A stretch of DNA of 64,000 bases from Marsupella aquatica. Lineage: Eukaryota; Plantae; Marchantiophyta. Position 1 is the first letter of the stretch; every line of letters starts with the position of its first letter. A program made the translations under genes and the position numbers. Positions 1 through 12,160 of the stretch are shown here, piece by piece. The stretch spans positions 31,441,112 to 31,505,111 of the forward strand of contig OZ316891.1 of NCBI GenBank assembly GCA_973895155.1. The letters run 5' to 3'. The notes below the pieces were generated by a model. That model was not told the origin of the DNA and made no database searches. It saw nothing but the letters and a program-made list of their open reading frames with translations.

Positions 1-467
1 GTTTTAGTTTGAATCACCTAAAGCCCAGTCTGCAATGCCTCAAAGGTGGCTTCACTACCCTTAACTAAGGACGTGGAAGAAACAGCGAGTGAATACAAAA
101 GCATACCGAATGGTTGTCTTTGATGAAATTCAGTACCAACTTCCCAATTGGCAATGTCACCAGTGAAAATATCTGCATCAACGAAAGCCATAAGGAAACC
201 AAAAGTCTTTGGGCAATGTCGGCTAGGGATGTACCCAGTTTAATTTGAGAGCCTGTCCAGCTTTGATCCTTACGAGGGGAACGTGCTCACGGCTGAAGGT
301 CTCGGTCACTAAGGAGAGACACTTCTCCTAAGGTATGATGGAAAACAAACAAAAAACAAGGCTACCTTATCGTAAGATCGTGCATTCGAAACCATGGGAT
401 ATAACTCTTTGGCGTGTCGCAAATACTACGGACACATTCAACGGCTTCTATAAAGACAGTTACTTAC

Positions 468-3165
468 CGCACAAGAGGGGGGTATAGCTTTTACTGCTGT
501 CAGTATTGCTAGTAACAAGTACAACGCTGTAACAGCAGCTTGCACCACCTTTGATCCATTTGCGGTGCCCATTCTCACCTGCGCACACCTTAGTGCATGT
601 GTTAAGTAACCCACTACAAAATAACTCAGTATTTACAACTCATTCTCAATTTCATGACAGCAAGAGAAATGGTAATTGCCACACTTGATTTATTGTAGCC
701 CGAGTCCATAGCTTGGGTGAAGAAAGGGACAAGACAAGTACCAGTGGCGACATTTTTCCAGCCGCAGTGTCCCCCTCAATCTGGGTAAATGATGGCGAGC
801 AAACATTAATTATATCAAGTCCAAAAATGACGGTTAAAAAGGCATTGTTGCTGATTAACACTTGTCTAAATAATTCCTCTAAGGTTTGCTCTTCCTCCTT
901 TTCCGACTATCGGGTTTTTCTCATATGTGCTCGAACATGCCAGGTCTGATTTGAGGGGGCCGTTTCTTGCAATCTTTCATTTGTCATCTATCCATGCTGC
1001 TCGAAGGAAAGCAATAAGTACCTGATGGAAGTGACTGCAGAAGAGAATGAGAGAGGTGGTAATTCCCACAAGTACAGCCGCTCCAAGAATAGAGAGCGTC
1101 ACTGGGAGCCCCACTGTCGCACTAATATAATCCAGCGAGAGAAAGGTTATACGAAGGAAGACCCTTGGTGATACTCACTCAGAACAAGAAGAAATGCGAA
1201 CAATGATGCGATAGGACATTCATAAAGGATGAACGTAAGATATTCTATGTAGAAGGTTGAAATTATACGAAAGTTGAGGGTCGCTCTAGAGTATCGTATT
1301 CCACACCACAGTTACAAAACTTCATGAAGGACATGTGTGAATTCAAGCACCTTGGTTGTCCTTGGCTCAAATAGAAGGCAGTAGTTGCAAGAGGTCCAGA
1401 TGCCAAGAAGCACAAAGGCTCTCCCAATCCTTTGTAACTAAGCCGAAATGGAGGACACTGCAACAAAACCCGAAAGAGAATACGATACGTGAAATCACTT
1501 ACGGAGGCGACCGAGTCCGGCCCGCAACATCATTCCCTCCGTCTGACAGCCACAATGTAGATTGAACTTATGTCATTCGAACTCACACAAATATAACCTA
1601 CCGCCTAAGTGAGAACCTGATAGATGTAGCCGCACCCAATTGCTGCTGCCAACAACACTGCGACACGCATATCACTTGCTCGACTCGCACCAAAGACAAG
1701 GCCTGTAAATCCGACGAGAAGACAACCAAAAGCTGCCCAAAGTACACCCTTCTGACTGCACAAGGAATAGCCACGCAAATCCTCAGTGAGTTGGGTGGAC
1801 AGCTGAAGGTAGTCTCTCAAAAAGATGGAGCTATGCTGTGGGTGAACTCAAATTTCTCAGCCCAGGTAATATTTCAACGGTTACCAAGCGTCTGTATGAC
1901 GAGCCTTGCCACCGCTCGAAATCTAGCCAGTTTCTATCACTACTTCATTCCTTCCAGAGACATTCGCATTATGCTATACCTGCCAGTTATATTAACAACC
2001 GACTCCCTCTTACTTTGATCGACCCCCGTCTCCGAATCGTACGCATCGTTGCTGCATCGAATGAAAGGAAGGAGTTAGTTGGTAGCACGACATAATGATC
2101 GGGACATATGACCAAAAATATTCGATACTGCACTTTATCATCCGCTTGAAGAGTGTCCGCACCTCAGATTGAGCCAAGTGATGATAAGGATAGAAGACCA
2201 GAACATGAGCCAGTATCGACTAGCGTTAAAAGCTCCAGTCTGCCAGAATGCCACTGCTCCTCCCACCTAGTCAATGATGGCAAACGGGATTATTACTTCA
2301 GATGATTAGGAGTCGAGCCTGTGCGGAAACATTCGTGAAATTAACACATTTCCACAATTCATTCTGTTTTGCCTAAGAGAAGCAATCAAATTTGATATTT
2401 TTGGAAGTGCAAAATAAAAATTGAGAATGTAATCTACACCGTGACGGTCGACTTCCTAAGGAGCCGCAAGGGCCACTGAGAAGCCAGAATAGTAGCATTT
2501 GGCTAAACCTTGTTCCCGACATGCCAGATAGAATTGCTCATTTGAATTGCTGGACAATTGTTTCGACACATATTAAGAACACGGATGCATTGTAGTCACA
2601 AATGAGATCAAGACCCATCATATTGGTCCAACTGAAGCTGAGAAAGGTCCGAGCGCTTACCGACAAAGGGATGATGGCCACAGAATATAAAGGAAGCTTG
2701 GCGGCACGCCATAGCAGCTGTCCTCTGCTTAGGTCCTCCACGGCCTCCTCCGGAATTTGTAATGAAACAGTGCTCAGGTCTGATCCTGCATCAGATGCTG
2801 CAATCCTCCGTTCCCGCTCAACAAGCAGTCGCAATGCATTTCCCCTGCTCACAATCATTCCTCCGAAACATCGAACCAGGACGGCTAAATTTGAGCATAC
2901 TAAATGCAGAGGGGGCAGGCACTCCTAGAGAGGAACAGGGCAAGGTCCAGGGAACATACGTGCCGTAAGCAGGGAAGCTATGGCCTGGGAGCCACTCCCC
3001 CTTCCTGACCTTGATCTTGAGGCCCTGGTTCGACAATGCTGGAGCTACAGCTGAGACGTTCACGTTCCTGGCAAGGAAAAAGCACTTCGAGCCGGTGAGG
3101 AACGCAGGCTTGCAGAGAGCTCTGGAGGAGCTGGACACCGCCAACATTGTCGCAGTGGACGCCAT
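468..3165 (-). CDS. menA: 1,4-dihydroxy-2-naphthoate phytyltransferase (MenA/ABC4, UbiA family), chloroplastic; final exons probably beyond the left edge
   Basis: In-frame GT-AG exon chain: 3165-2960, 2844-2661, 2266-2163, 2051-1980, 1755-1617, 1457-1351, 1121-1022, 780-742, 578-468. Peptides LLWRAAKLPLYSVAIIP, IITWLNLSNDAYDSETGVD, GYIYQCPPFRLSYKGLGEPLCF and LILFCSHFHQIEGDTAAGKMSPLVR match plant ABC4/MenA. Confidence 0.93.
2960..3165 (-). other. Lhca4-like first exon (transit peptide plus start of the mature light-harvesting protein) used as menA exon 1
   Basis: Encodes KPAFLTGS...LKIKVRKGEWLPG...PAYG, similar to the Lhca4 N-terminus (KPRFLTGS...KVEAKKGEWLPGLASPDYL). The phase-2 donor AC|GTATGT at 2959 joins the acceptor CAG|G at 2844 in frame. 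Confidence 0.8.
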
Positions 3166-3699
3166 CGTTGCTTCCTTCTATCGCGAGAGCGTAACTCGCT
3201 CACTCGATTGCTTCAAATCTGTCTTACTCATTCCTGTCGGATCTACCCACAATGCAATCCTACAATGTAATCCACTAATGCAATGCAGTCCACAATCGAA
3301 TGATGTACAGCTGATGACACCTTCGCTTCCTCGAGAAAGACAAATGACGGCCCGTGACGAAGCAGCATTCATGGGATCTCCCGTGTATCATGTGTATCCT
3401 TTCGTGTTTTTTTTGCCTCGAAAAACTAAAAGAATTCCATTCAATCAGCATACAGAGGGGCGGAGTTCCAGAAGGAGCGCCAACCCAGGTGGACCGAAGG
3501 TCGAAAGTGCCGGGACCGGTGAAGCCGGAACCAGGTAAGAAGCATGCCATTGGGCCACCCAAACAAGCTATTTGGAGACTACACAGGAGCAGCACACTCC
3601 CAAAGACCGGCCAGTGATGAAGGACCGGCGGGGTCCCAAAGAGTGGTTCCGTGATAAGAAAGAATCTATCAGTCTAAAGTAGTACAGCCTCTAAACCTG

Positions 3700-6600
3700 C
3701 AGACTAGAGGACATCATGGTGGCCGTGGTGGGACTGGTTGAACTTGGAGAATCTCTTCGTGAATTTGCCAGAGTCCATTTCAAGAACCATAATCCATTGC
3801 CAACTCATGCTGAGCTTCCCCGTGATTTGATCTTCCCATTTTGAATCTTGGTTCTAAAGCCTGTTCCAATCACGTCTGAGGTAGGTGCTAAGTCGATGCC
3901 ATGCTTTCCTAATTACTCCGTGAGGATTGGGCCGAGTGTGCTCAATAAAGTGTAAACATCGTTCCTTCCAGATGGACCAGCAGCAGATGATGGCCCGAGA
4001 AACATGCCATAGCTTCCCCGGAACGTCCCATTCGTCTGGTAGTTCATCACCAACAAAGATATGAGCAGGTTGTAGATGTATCCGATACCCCTGAGTGAAG
4101 GCGCTTTGTTGAAGGATGGATTGTAACCATGTCCAGACTATCTGTGACATGCTGCAATCTCAGATGCAATGAACGATGTCCTCATGCTTGTTCAATCTGC
4201 ACCTAGTGCACCATGTGGTCGGGTCGCCCGGTGGTAAACGTGGGAAACGCCAATGCTGTGTGGCCGGAATTCGATAAATTAATTGCCACAAATAACAATT
4301 TTCCCGAGCGGCTCGGAAGTTGAGCCAGGTGTGAGACCAGAGTTGGCGTGGATTGGGGGTCCAATTCAGTCGAAGCGCCCACTTATGTATTGCCTTATGT
4401 AGAAACCCCGGGGCCCGGCCTTGAAGGGTTCACAAGTGTGCAGTATTTGTGTTCTGAAATGGAAGGCCGTCCTTCCACTCATACTGTATTATGGGTGCAA
4501 GAAGACCGACGGGCCTTCCAAAACGAAGTTGATGTGATCCAGCAGGATTCTGCAACTTCACCAGGACCCTGTGCAGGTGCGCATCACTAGGAGGGGCAAA
4601 ATTATTGCCACTGTGGAGACAGCCGTTAAGTACCCGAAAGGTCCGCCTAGGAGTTGAGATGTCGTGCGCGAATTGCCATTGAGTTGTGATGGATCCTCTC
4701 TGTGTCATAAATTCCCAGATGTAATGCTTGCCATCCAAAAGATTAGCCTCCAGGAAAATAGGGGCAAGTTGCGTTGGATCATCATGCAGCTCGGGCACGC
4801 TCCGAAGGTTGGCTATCATCTTACAGTAGGCGCGTGCACAGTTTTGAGGAAGCCACTCCCCAGGCTGATCTTCCCAGCAGAGGAAATTGCCAGCAGCATC
4901 CATAACATCCTTCATGGCCAGAAAGCCAGCTCGCTTGATTTTACGTTGGGGGTTGCTTCGGCACTTGGCCAAGGTGTTATCAATGTGATTGATGTGGGGA
5001 TGCCAGAGCGGGAGATCTTGCCATCCCTCCAAATGACCCGGCAATGCGGGTGGCAGTTGCTTCTTAAGGACATTCCAGGCAGTGCACACATTTGTCCAGA
5101 CTCTAGAGCCCTTCGGGGGTAGGGTATGGCATTGCATGAAGGCCCAAGCAAAGTCCTCTGTGCCCCATTTCTGTAGCAAGAGCTGCTTGATCTCAAATTG
5201 AAGCAGGCGTCGAAGGGGATGGTCCCCTTCAGCCAGGGCCCAGATGATGAAATTCCCTGCTAGCGCCCTGAATTGCGCGGCCAACGAGATCAATCCAAGT
5301 CCCCCTGAACTCCTTGGTTGAGTAATGGTGGCAAAGTCGACCCTGGCCCGGGCCTTAGTGTTTTGGCCTGCCCACACAAAGGCGATGATCTTCTTCTGTA
5401 ATGCGTCCAGAGTATTTTGTTGGCCAGCCCAGACGGTGAGTGTGAACCATAGTGTGCTCAAGACTAGGTGATTAGCTACAGTAACTCTGGCAATCAAAGA
5501 TCCAGAGGATTTACGAACCCGATCCAGGCGAGACTCCAACTTCTCCATAAGAGAGCTCACCATTTGTTGTTCAGAAATTTGTTGGGCGAGAGGGATCCCA
5601 AGCAGTTTGGTGGCACTGTGCTCATCCTCCCACGTCCATGGAAGCCTTCTGAACTCAATTGGGATCCTGTGCGGTGAGATAAACGCACCCTTGGTTTTTT
5701 CCCAGGCGCAAAAGAGACCAGAGGCCATGCCAAAGTTGTCAAGAATCATCTTGCATCTATCGACAAAATGCATCGCAGCACGAATGAGCAGAGTTAAGTC
5801 GTCGGCAAATAAATTGTGCACATCGTGAACAGCCAGGTGCTGGATATCCACCCCCTAAATCAGGCCCCTCCTGACCTCCCCTTCCAGAATAAAGCTAAGA
5901 GAATCAATCGCAATAAGGAAAAGTAGGGGTGATAAAGGACAGCCCTACCTAACCGAACGCGCTAAGCTGAATGGGGATGCCATTCTCCCATTGATCAACA
6001 CAGCCGACAATGCAGAAGCATGAGTGGCTGCTAGAAATTGCATGAGTAATCCATCAAAACCCATCTTCTCCATAAGCATCAAAAGAAAGTGCCATTCAAG
6101 CTTGTCAAAGGCTTTGACGATATCCAATTTCAGTAGAATGTAATCCAATCCGGAGGTCGCAGCATGGTGTAACGTCTCATTGAAGAGCATGAGGGAGTGG
6201 TGAATATTCCGCCCTGGTAAGAATGCAAATTGCTGTTGCGAGATGATCCGTTGCAGAATAGGGAGCAGCCGCAGTTGAAAAGCTTTTGCTGCGATCTTGT
6301 GTGTCACATTGAGCAGCGTAATGGGACGTTTGTTGGACAGGGACCTTTGGTAGCCCTTCTTGGGTAGGAGAACAATGAGACCACGGGTGATTTCAGGAGA
6401 GACAGCCCCGTCTGCCATTCCTTGTAACAGAGCCCTATGAAGGGTGGGACCAACTGTATGCCAGTGTGCCGCAAAGAATTCTACTGGTATCCCGTCTGGC
6501 CCAGGGCATTTGTTGGAGGCCAGAGCATTTGCTACTTTTCCCAGTTCGTCCACAGTGAGGGGTGCGTTCAACAGATCAAGGTCCTCGGTTGTGATGCGCT

Positions 6601-8011
6601 TGGTTTGTAGATGGAAGACATGTGCCACCTGTTCCCAGTGAAAGCCGGCCAAATTGCCAAGAAGGTCTTGGAAAAAATTGGTAGCAGTGTGTGCTAACAG
6701 ATTCCAATCGCTAACAATTTGTGCCTCAGGGGTGAAAAGGTGAGTGATTTCTTTATTCATAGCCAGCCCACGGAAGCTACGGAAGAATAGTTTTGAGCAT
6801 TTATCTCCCTCTCCAATCCATCTTGACTGAAGGATGAAATCCATCCAACGGACCTTTTCAGCCTCAAAATCCAGCAGAACGGCCTCCGCCTCCCTCAAAG
6901 CCTCTTGCATCAGGGGATTTTGTGGGTCAACTTCGAGATGGAACTGGGCAAGAGTCAAATTGCGTCGAAGCAAGTCTTCCTTGTGCCGCCTCTTAGCTGC
7001 CTTGCGCTTCCCCCAGCTCCGATCGATCTTTCGGGCCTTTTTTAGGCAACTGATCAGGATCAACTCGGGCTTCATGCCCTTGGATCTACACAGCTCCTCC
7101 TCCTGCTCCCACATGAGGGAGATACGCTCCTGGAAATCACCCTGCAATTGATGATTGACATTCATCCGATGGAGAGATTTCCGCTTGACTTGCATTGTGG
7201 ATGTAAGTGTGGCAAGAACTGGTGCATGATCAGACAGCGTAATACTAGGCAGAATAGTGGAGTAAATTTCAAAATTCTCCCGAGAGGTACCCTTGGAGGT
7301 GTAGATTTGGTCGAGTCTTTGCAGGACCCTATCGTCCGCCGGTGTTGTCAACTGCGGGCCAGGGAAGTGTCGAAAGTTCCTCTTATTATCCCAGCTGAAG
7401 TGGAGGTGTCCTGAATTCTCCTGGAAAGTGTCCACAAGGTGAAGGCATCGCTTGAGGTGACGCCATGCTCTGCTCTCCTTGCCAGCGATGATTGTGCCAA
7501 TGCCTCCCATCTGATCCAAATTCTGCTCAATCATATTGAAGTCGCCCAGCAAAATCCAAGTGAAAGAGGGGTCCAATCGATTGAAAAGAGTCCTCCAAAG
7601 ATCAGTCCTCTCACCAGCAGAATTTGGAGCGTAGATCCTAAGAAAGCCCACCCTTTCGAGCCCAGCATGAATCAGGCAACACCAGGCACCCCAACCACAT
7701 TGGAGAACTCCTTCGGAAATTACATGTTGATAAAGATCTAGCTTAATGGCTAGTGCCAAACCGCCCACACCAGCCACCACCCTATTGTTTCGGATTGAAT
7801 GTACCCCATCCGCAGCGGGAGCACAGACCCAGTGTGCAGTCCGCCAAACTTCTCTCAATTTGGAGATTCTGCCAGCACGTAGTTTATGCTCCTGTATACA
7901 GATGAGGTCAGGGGTGTGGTGTAGCCCCTCCAGGATGAATCTCGCACGGAGGCGGCGCTTCCTCGATGCCAAGCCCCGCAGGTTGTATGTCAGAACGATG
8001 AGCTTGGACAT
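3700..8011 (-). pseudogene. LINE ORF2 (APE endonuclease-reverse transcriptase) with in-frame stops
   Basis: Endonuclease motifs TYNLRGL, ICIQEH, LGDFN and LSDHAPV. RT motifs KCPGPDG, RPITLLN, KLDIVKAFD, VR*GCPLSP and LFADD. CTRC...HCI*DC motif near the C-terminus. The 3' end is approximate. Confidence 0.9.
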
Positions 8012-9573
8012 CGTGAGATGGGGGAATTTTGTAACATGTAGGGACAAGGCGTGCAGGTTCCAGAAGTCGGGGGCGCTTGGCTCTGGAGGGGGTATTACAA
8101 GGCGATAGAGGTATCGGGTCCGAGTCAGTCTCCAAAGATTCCTGGGGGAAATGGCGTTTACGGATGGTGACATTCCCACGGTCAATGGGGAGGTGAGGAG
8201 AGTTGGATAGCAGTGGTGCCGACTCAGTGGTTGAGCGTGTCACTTCAATTGTAATCGGCATTGCCTCCTCAATAGGAGATTGCATAGATCCATTAGCTTG
8301 AGTTGACCTAACAATCCATACCTTCCTTGGTGGTTTCTTGGGGTTCGGGTGTGGCTGGACTGGGAGTGCGTCGGCAGCCAGATCCTTGAGAGCAGCCACC
8401 GGATCCTTGTGTTTGGGGCCGCTACAGTCCTCCTTCCTCTGTGAATTAACTGTCCCTTGATGCACACCCGGAGAGAGGTTAGACTGCGTTTGTTCCGGCT
8501 GTTTGCGAGAGTTCAGGGAAGCCCTATGCTTTGCTCTGCGTTGGATTTGTCTTGAGGACTTGGAGGAGTGTGATCTGTTGGAGCCCAGGGTGGCCGATGC
8601 TGCAGGTTTGGCGACCTTGTTGAGCTGCTCAGTTTCAAAATCGGCAGCCCTCGTTGCAAGGTGTTGCAGCTCTGCTTCTTCCCGCTGTTGCTGCTCTTCC
8701 GCACGGCCCCTCCAGTATTCAGCCTTCGCTCTGGCTTTTTCCGCCTTTGCCTGACATTGGTGAAGTACCACCGCGTCCAGTCACACCTTTATCTGTTTCG
8801 TGTTGGTTGATGCAATTGGATGTACCGCCTCTTCGCCCGGAGCGTTGAATTGAAAAATGTGTCCTTTGAAGAAGGGTGGTCGTGGTAACAGACACTTGGA
8901 AGCGAAATGCCTGTAAGAGAAGCAAAAACAGCAATGGAGGTTCCTCCCAATGTAATCAAAGCATATATTGGTAATGCCAGGGCTGCTCAGTTGGAATTTA
9001 CCATTTGCGGGGAACACCTTAAGAGTGGTCTCAACAATCGCAGAGTTGTGGTGTTGTTCGGTGCCTAGAGCTTGTTTTGCGCGGATGAAACGCCCAATGG
9101 GCGCTACAACAAATTTGATGTACTCATAGATCTCCAGGTTGCCACGTTTGATGTAGACAGAGACCAGGTGCTTGAAATCAGTTGTATTACACGGATCAAA
9201 ATTTGGTGTGTAATCGTTAACTGCTGCAAATTGGTCCAGAGCCTTGAGAGGTGATGCGTTTAGTAGGCTCTGCTTGATTTGGTCACCCGAGTTTGCATCA
9301 AATTGGACTACAAACAGAGCCTGGGGAAGCTCGTTGTGCAGGGACAGCTTGATTTTGTGCTCTTGATTGTAGGCCGAAATCCAGTCTTTAGCAAGCCTGG
9401 TATCGAATTCAGATTCAAAAGCGAGCACCACCTTGTTGCCAAAGATCCTTTTCATCCCGAGCTTAAGGACCTCCTTGGGAATGTAGAAGATCTCTTGCGT
9501 TAGGACAGTGGGGATGGTCGAAGAACTTTGATCGCCTTGTGTTTTGGCGGTGGGAGCGATCTACGCTTCATCT
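7908..9573 (-). pseudogene. LINE ORF1 (gag-like, zinc knuckle), frameshifted
   Basis: ORFs 8781-9455 (CCFCFSYRHFASKC knuckle) and 7908-8771 (coiled coil and basic region) are separated by frame disruptions. The start position is approximate. Confidence 0.75.
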
Positions 9574-10918
9574 TGATGCCTTGAAGTTGTTGAATGAGCT
9601 GGTGTACCTCGCTTAGAGTGTCTAGATCAAGGTCTAGATGAGCTGCTGGCCATGTCACTTTGCAGAGTCGGTCGGTAAGGTTCGAGGATGCGATTATTTG
9701 AAACACTGTGGAGCTGGAGACGATTGTCTAGGCTTGGCCCAGAGCCCCAACTATGAATTCTGGGGGGAAGGCAGTTTGCTGAAGTGAAAAACGGAAGAGA
9801 TGAGGTCTACACAATGGGTTCCAGAGAGTTAGTGTAGAGATCCCGCGTCAAATGTTGTTCAATCTCCCGTTGCACGAGCCGTTGCACACTGGAATGGAAG
9901 TATAAATCAATGACAGTGTGCAAAAAACGCAACAAGAGCAGACTTGTTGTCCAAGTTCTTCGTAAAATGCGTAGTCAATTGGCGTGGATTTGAGAAACCG
10001 CTAGACAAGGAACATTCAGCGTGTTTGATAATCTTTGCATTACCCTGAGTAATTCTCGGCTAGCTGTTGGGAAGAGACGGGCGAGGGGTGAAGGGGATCA
10101 AGCGGTTAATCTAGCTGTTAATATGAGACAAAGGGCCCGAGTGGCTGAGAATTTGCCTGATTTTGAAAAGTTCACTCGAACGGCAGGGCGGGAAGACCGG
10201 GGTGGGGTAGGAATGTAACTTGTAAAACGCCCCCACGTTCCAGGTCAGAATAGTTACATTCTCATCCATGCTCAGAAGCGACTAAGTGTTCCGCCTCCCT
10301 CTCCTCGCGTTCTCTCCCCTCACCGAACTTTACGGAGCTCTACATCGCGTCCAGTTTAGATTTCGCTCTTGTATCCTTTCGTGTTGCTCGCTATTCAGAA
10401 GACAAGATACAAGTAACTAGACAAGATTTGCCCATACTGTCTCGTAGGAAAAGAATATTGTAGGGAAAGAAAAGCTCGGAAGGGACCAGGTCGAAAGGAA
10501 CACAACTTCTGGGACATTGACGAGTTCTCATTCTTGAATTTCCCCTTGTTTGAAGGTTGCTTCTGCTCCTGCCTGATTGCTTGCTTAGGGGTTGGAAGTA
10601 CTCACATTGCAATTTCACATCGCTCCTAGGAAATCCCCACCTACCTCTCTGTTGACTGGATTTTGGAGTGACAACTGAATGTCATTGACAGACAGAGCAT
10701 GAGTGTAGGAGTTTTTTTACTACCAGGGAGATCCGCAAGGTGGGTGACCTAGCCAACAACTACCAGGGCTGGGAACCATTGACCAAATTCAACAACTACC
10801 AGGGCTCTAAACCATTGACCAAATTGAGGGGACATATATAGTCACCAAGACCAGAACATAGCAAACACCTAGCCAACAACTACGAGGGCTGGAAACCATG
10901 GCCCACATTCATGGGAAA

Positions 10919-11485
10919 TTTTAATTATAAAATGTCAACTACAAGCTAGAGTTGACTGCGGGTTAAATCTATGTCAAGTTAATGCGATAATGTGCTCCCT
11001 ATATGCTCCGTACACCAGAATATAAACCAATATAATATATTTATGATCTGCAAACCAAGTGATTTGAATAACATGTGTATTGGTTTATGTTCTGGTTGTA
11101 CGGCTGACATAGATTTAACGCGCGGTCTAGAGTTGGGGCCTAGGCATGAAGACTCTAGAGTGTAATTCCATGGCTCATTATGTGAATAAAAATAGTCATG
11201 ATTATGATATATGTCAAATGATAATCACGCATGATTTTTATCATCATTTCTATTTACATTAAAAATGAGCTATATGGATACACTATAACATATGTGCATG
11301 GAAAGAAATATGTGCATAGAAAAAGTATGATATGTTATGTATGATTATTAAAATGATGACATGCATGATGATTTTTTTTATCATTTTATTAAGCTTCAAA
11401 AAATGTGAATAAATAATATATTTTGGTGACATTTTTTATTGTACTCCCCGCTATTCATGTTCAAAGAACGGGTAATAGGTGCTAG
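10919..11485 (+). mobile_element. Non-autonomous Helitron (copy A) interrupted by a MITE
   Basis: 3' hairpin (c..gttc aaa gaacggg) about 10 nt before a terminal CTAG followed by T. Homologous to the inverted copy at 18093-18485. The 5' end is degenerate. Confidence 0.65.
10954..11127. mobile_element. MITE (174 bp) with TIRs and 7-bp TSD
   Basis: TIRs gactgcgggttaaatctatgtca / tgacatagatttaacgcgcggtc, with tagagtt duplicated on both sides. The empty site is visible in the 18.4 kb Helitron copy. Confidence 0.8.
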
Positions 11486-11735
11486 TACATATTCACCGGG
11501 ACCAGAACATCACGACTTCAACAACATCTCCAGGTGGAATTCCTCAACAAGTCTAGGGGTTCCATTGGTGAGGGGGGCAGGGTGGTTGCTTAACTTTGAT
11601 GGGTAGATTTGGAAATGACCCAAGGGAGAAACCAAAGGTTGAAATACTCTGACTTACATGTGGGCCACAATGTTGCAGGTATGGTACTCCTACCAAGAAC
11701 TCAACCGTACATTGTTCTCCTACCAAGGACTCAAC

Positions 11736-12160
11736 CATACATTGTTCTGACTTACAGTCGTTAGTGACACAGTAGTTGGTGCATTCATTTGTGGGAAAGT
11801 TGGTCCTCTCGTCTTGTTAGCTTGGTTTTTGGAAGGAGCTCCAAGTTGGTTCTGCAATTAGAGTGCTCTTAAGTGGGTTGTAAGTGATAGAATGTGTCTC
11901 GTTTTGTTAAGCTTGGTTTTCGGAAGATGCTCCAAGTTCATACATTGTTCCCCGTTGGAGTCTTAAGTGACAGAGTAGTTGTTGCATTCATTTGTGGGAA
12001 CGTTGGTCCTCTCTTTTTGTTAAGCTTGGTTTTTGGAACGTGGCCCAAGTTGACTTTTCTGCAACTAGACTGCTCTTAAGAGTGAGAATGTGTCTCGTTT
12101 TTTTACGCTTGGTTTTAGGAAGGTGCTCCAAACTTGGATTTTTCTGCAATTAGAGTGCAC
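11736..12160. repeat. Diverged tandem duplication of ~200 bp
   Basis: catacattgttc...gcattcatttgtggga...agaatgtgtctcgtttt occurs twice, with internal subrepeats (gcttggtttt..gga). Confidence 0.7.

Larger units (their letters stand above)
3409..10369 (-). mobile_element. Full-length L1-clade LINE, disabled
   Basis: 16-bp TSD tgtatcctttcgtgtt at 3393-3408 and 10370-10385, with a short poly(A) at the 3' end (~3409-3414). ORF1 carries a CCHC knuckle; ORF2 carries APE endonuclease, RT and a C-terminal zinc motif. Confidence 0.92.

Noticed and set aside
2818-3165. Stand-alone 115-aa ORF or a complete Lhca4 gene
   Set aside because: Similarity ends at a strong donor site, the remainder is intron read-through, and no chlorophyll-binding helices follow.
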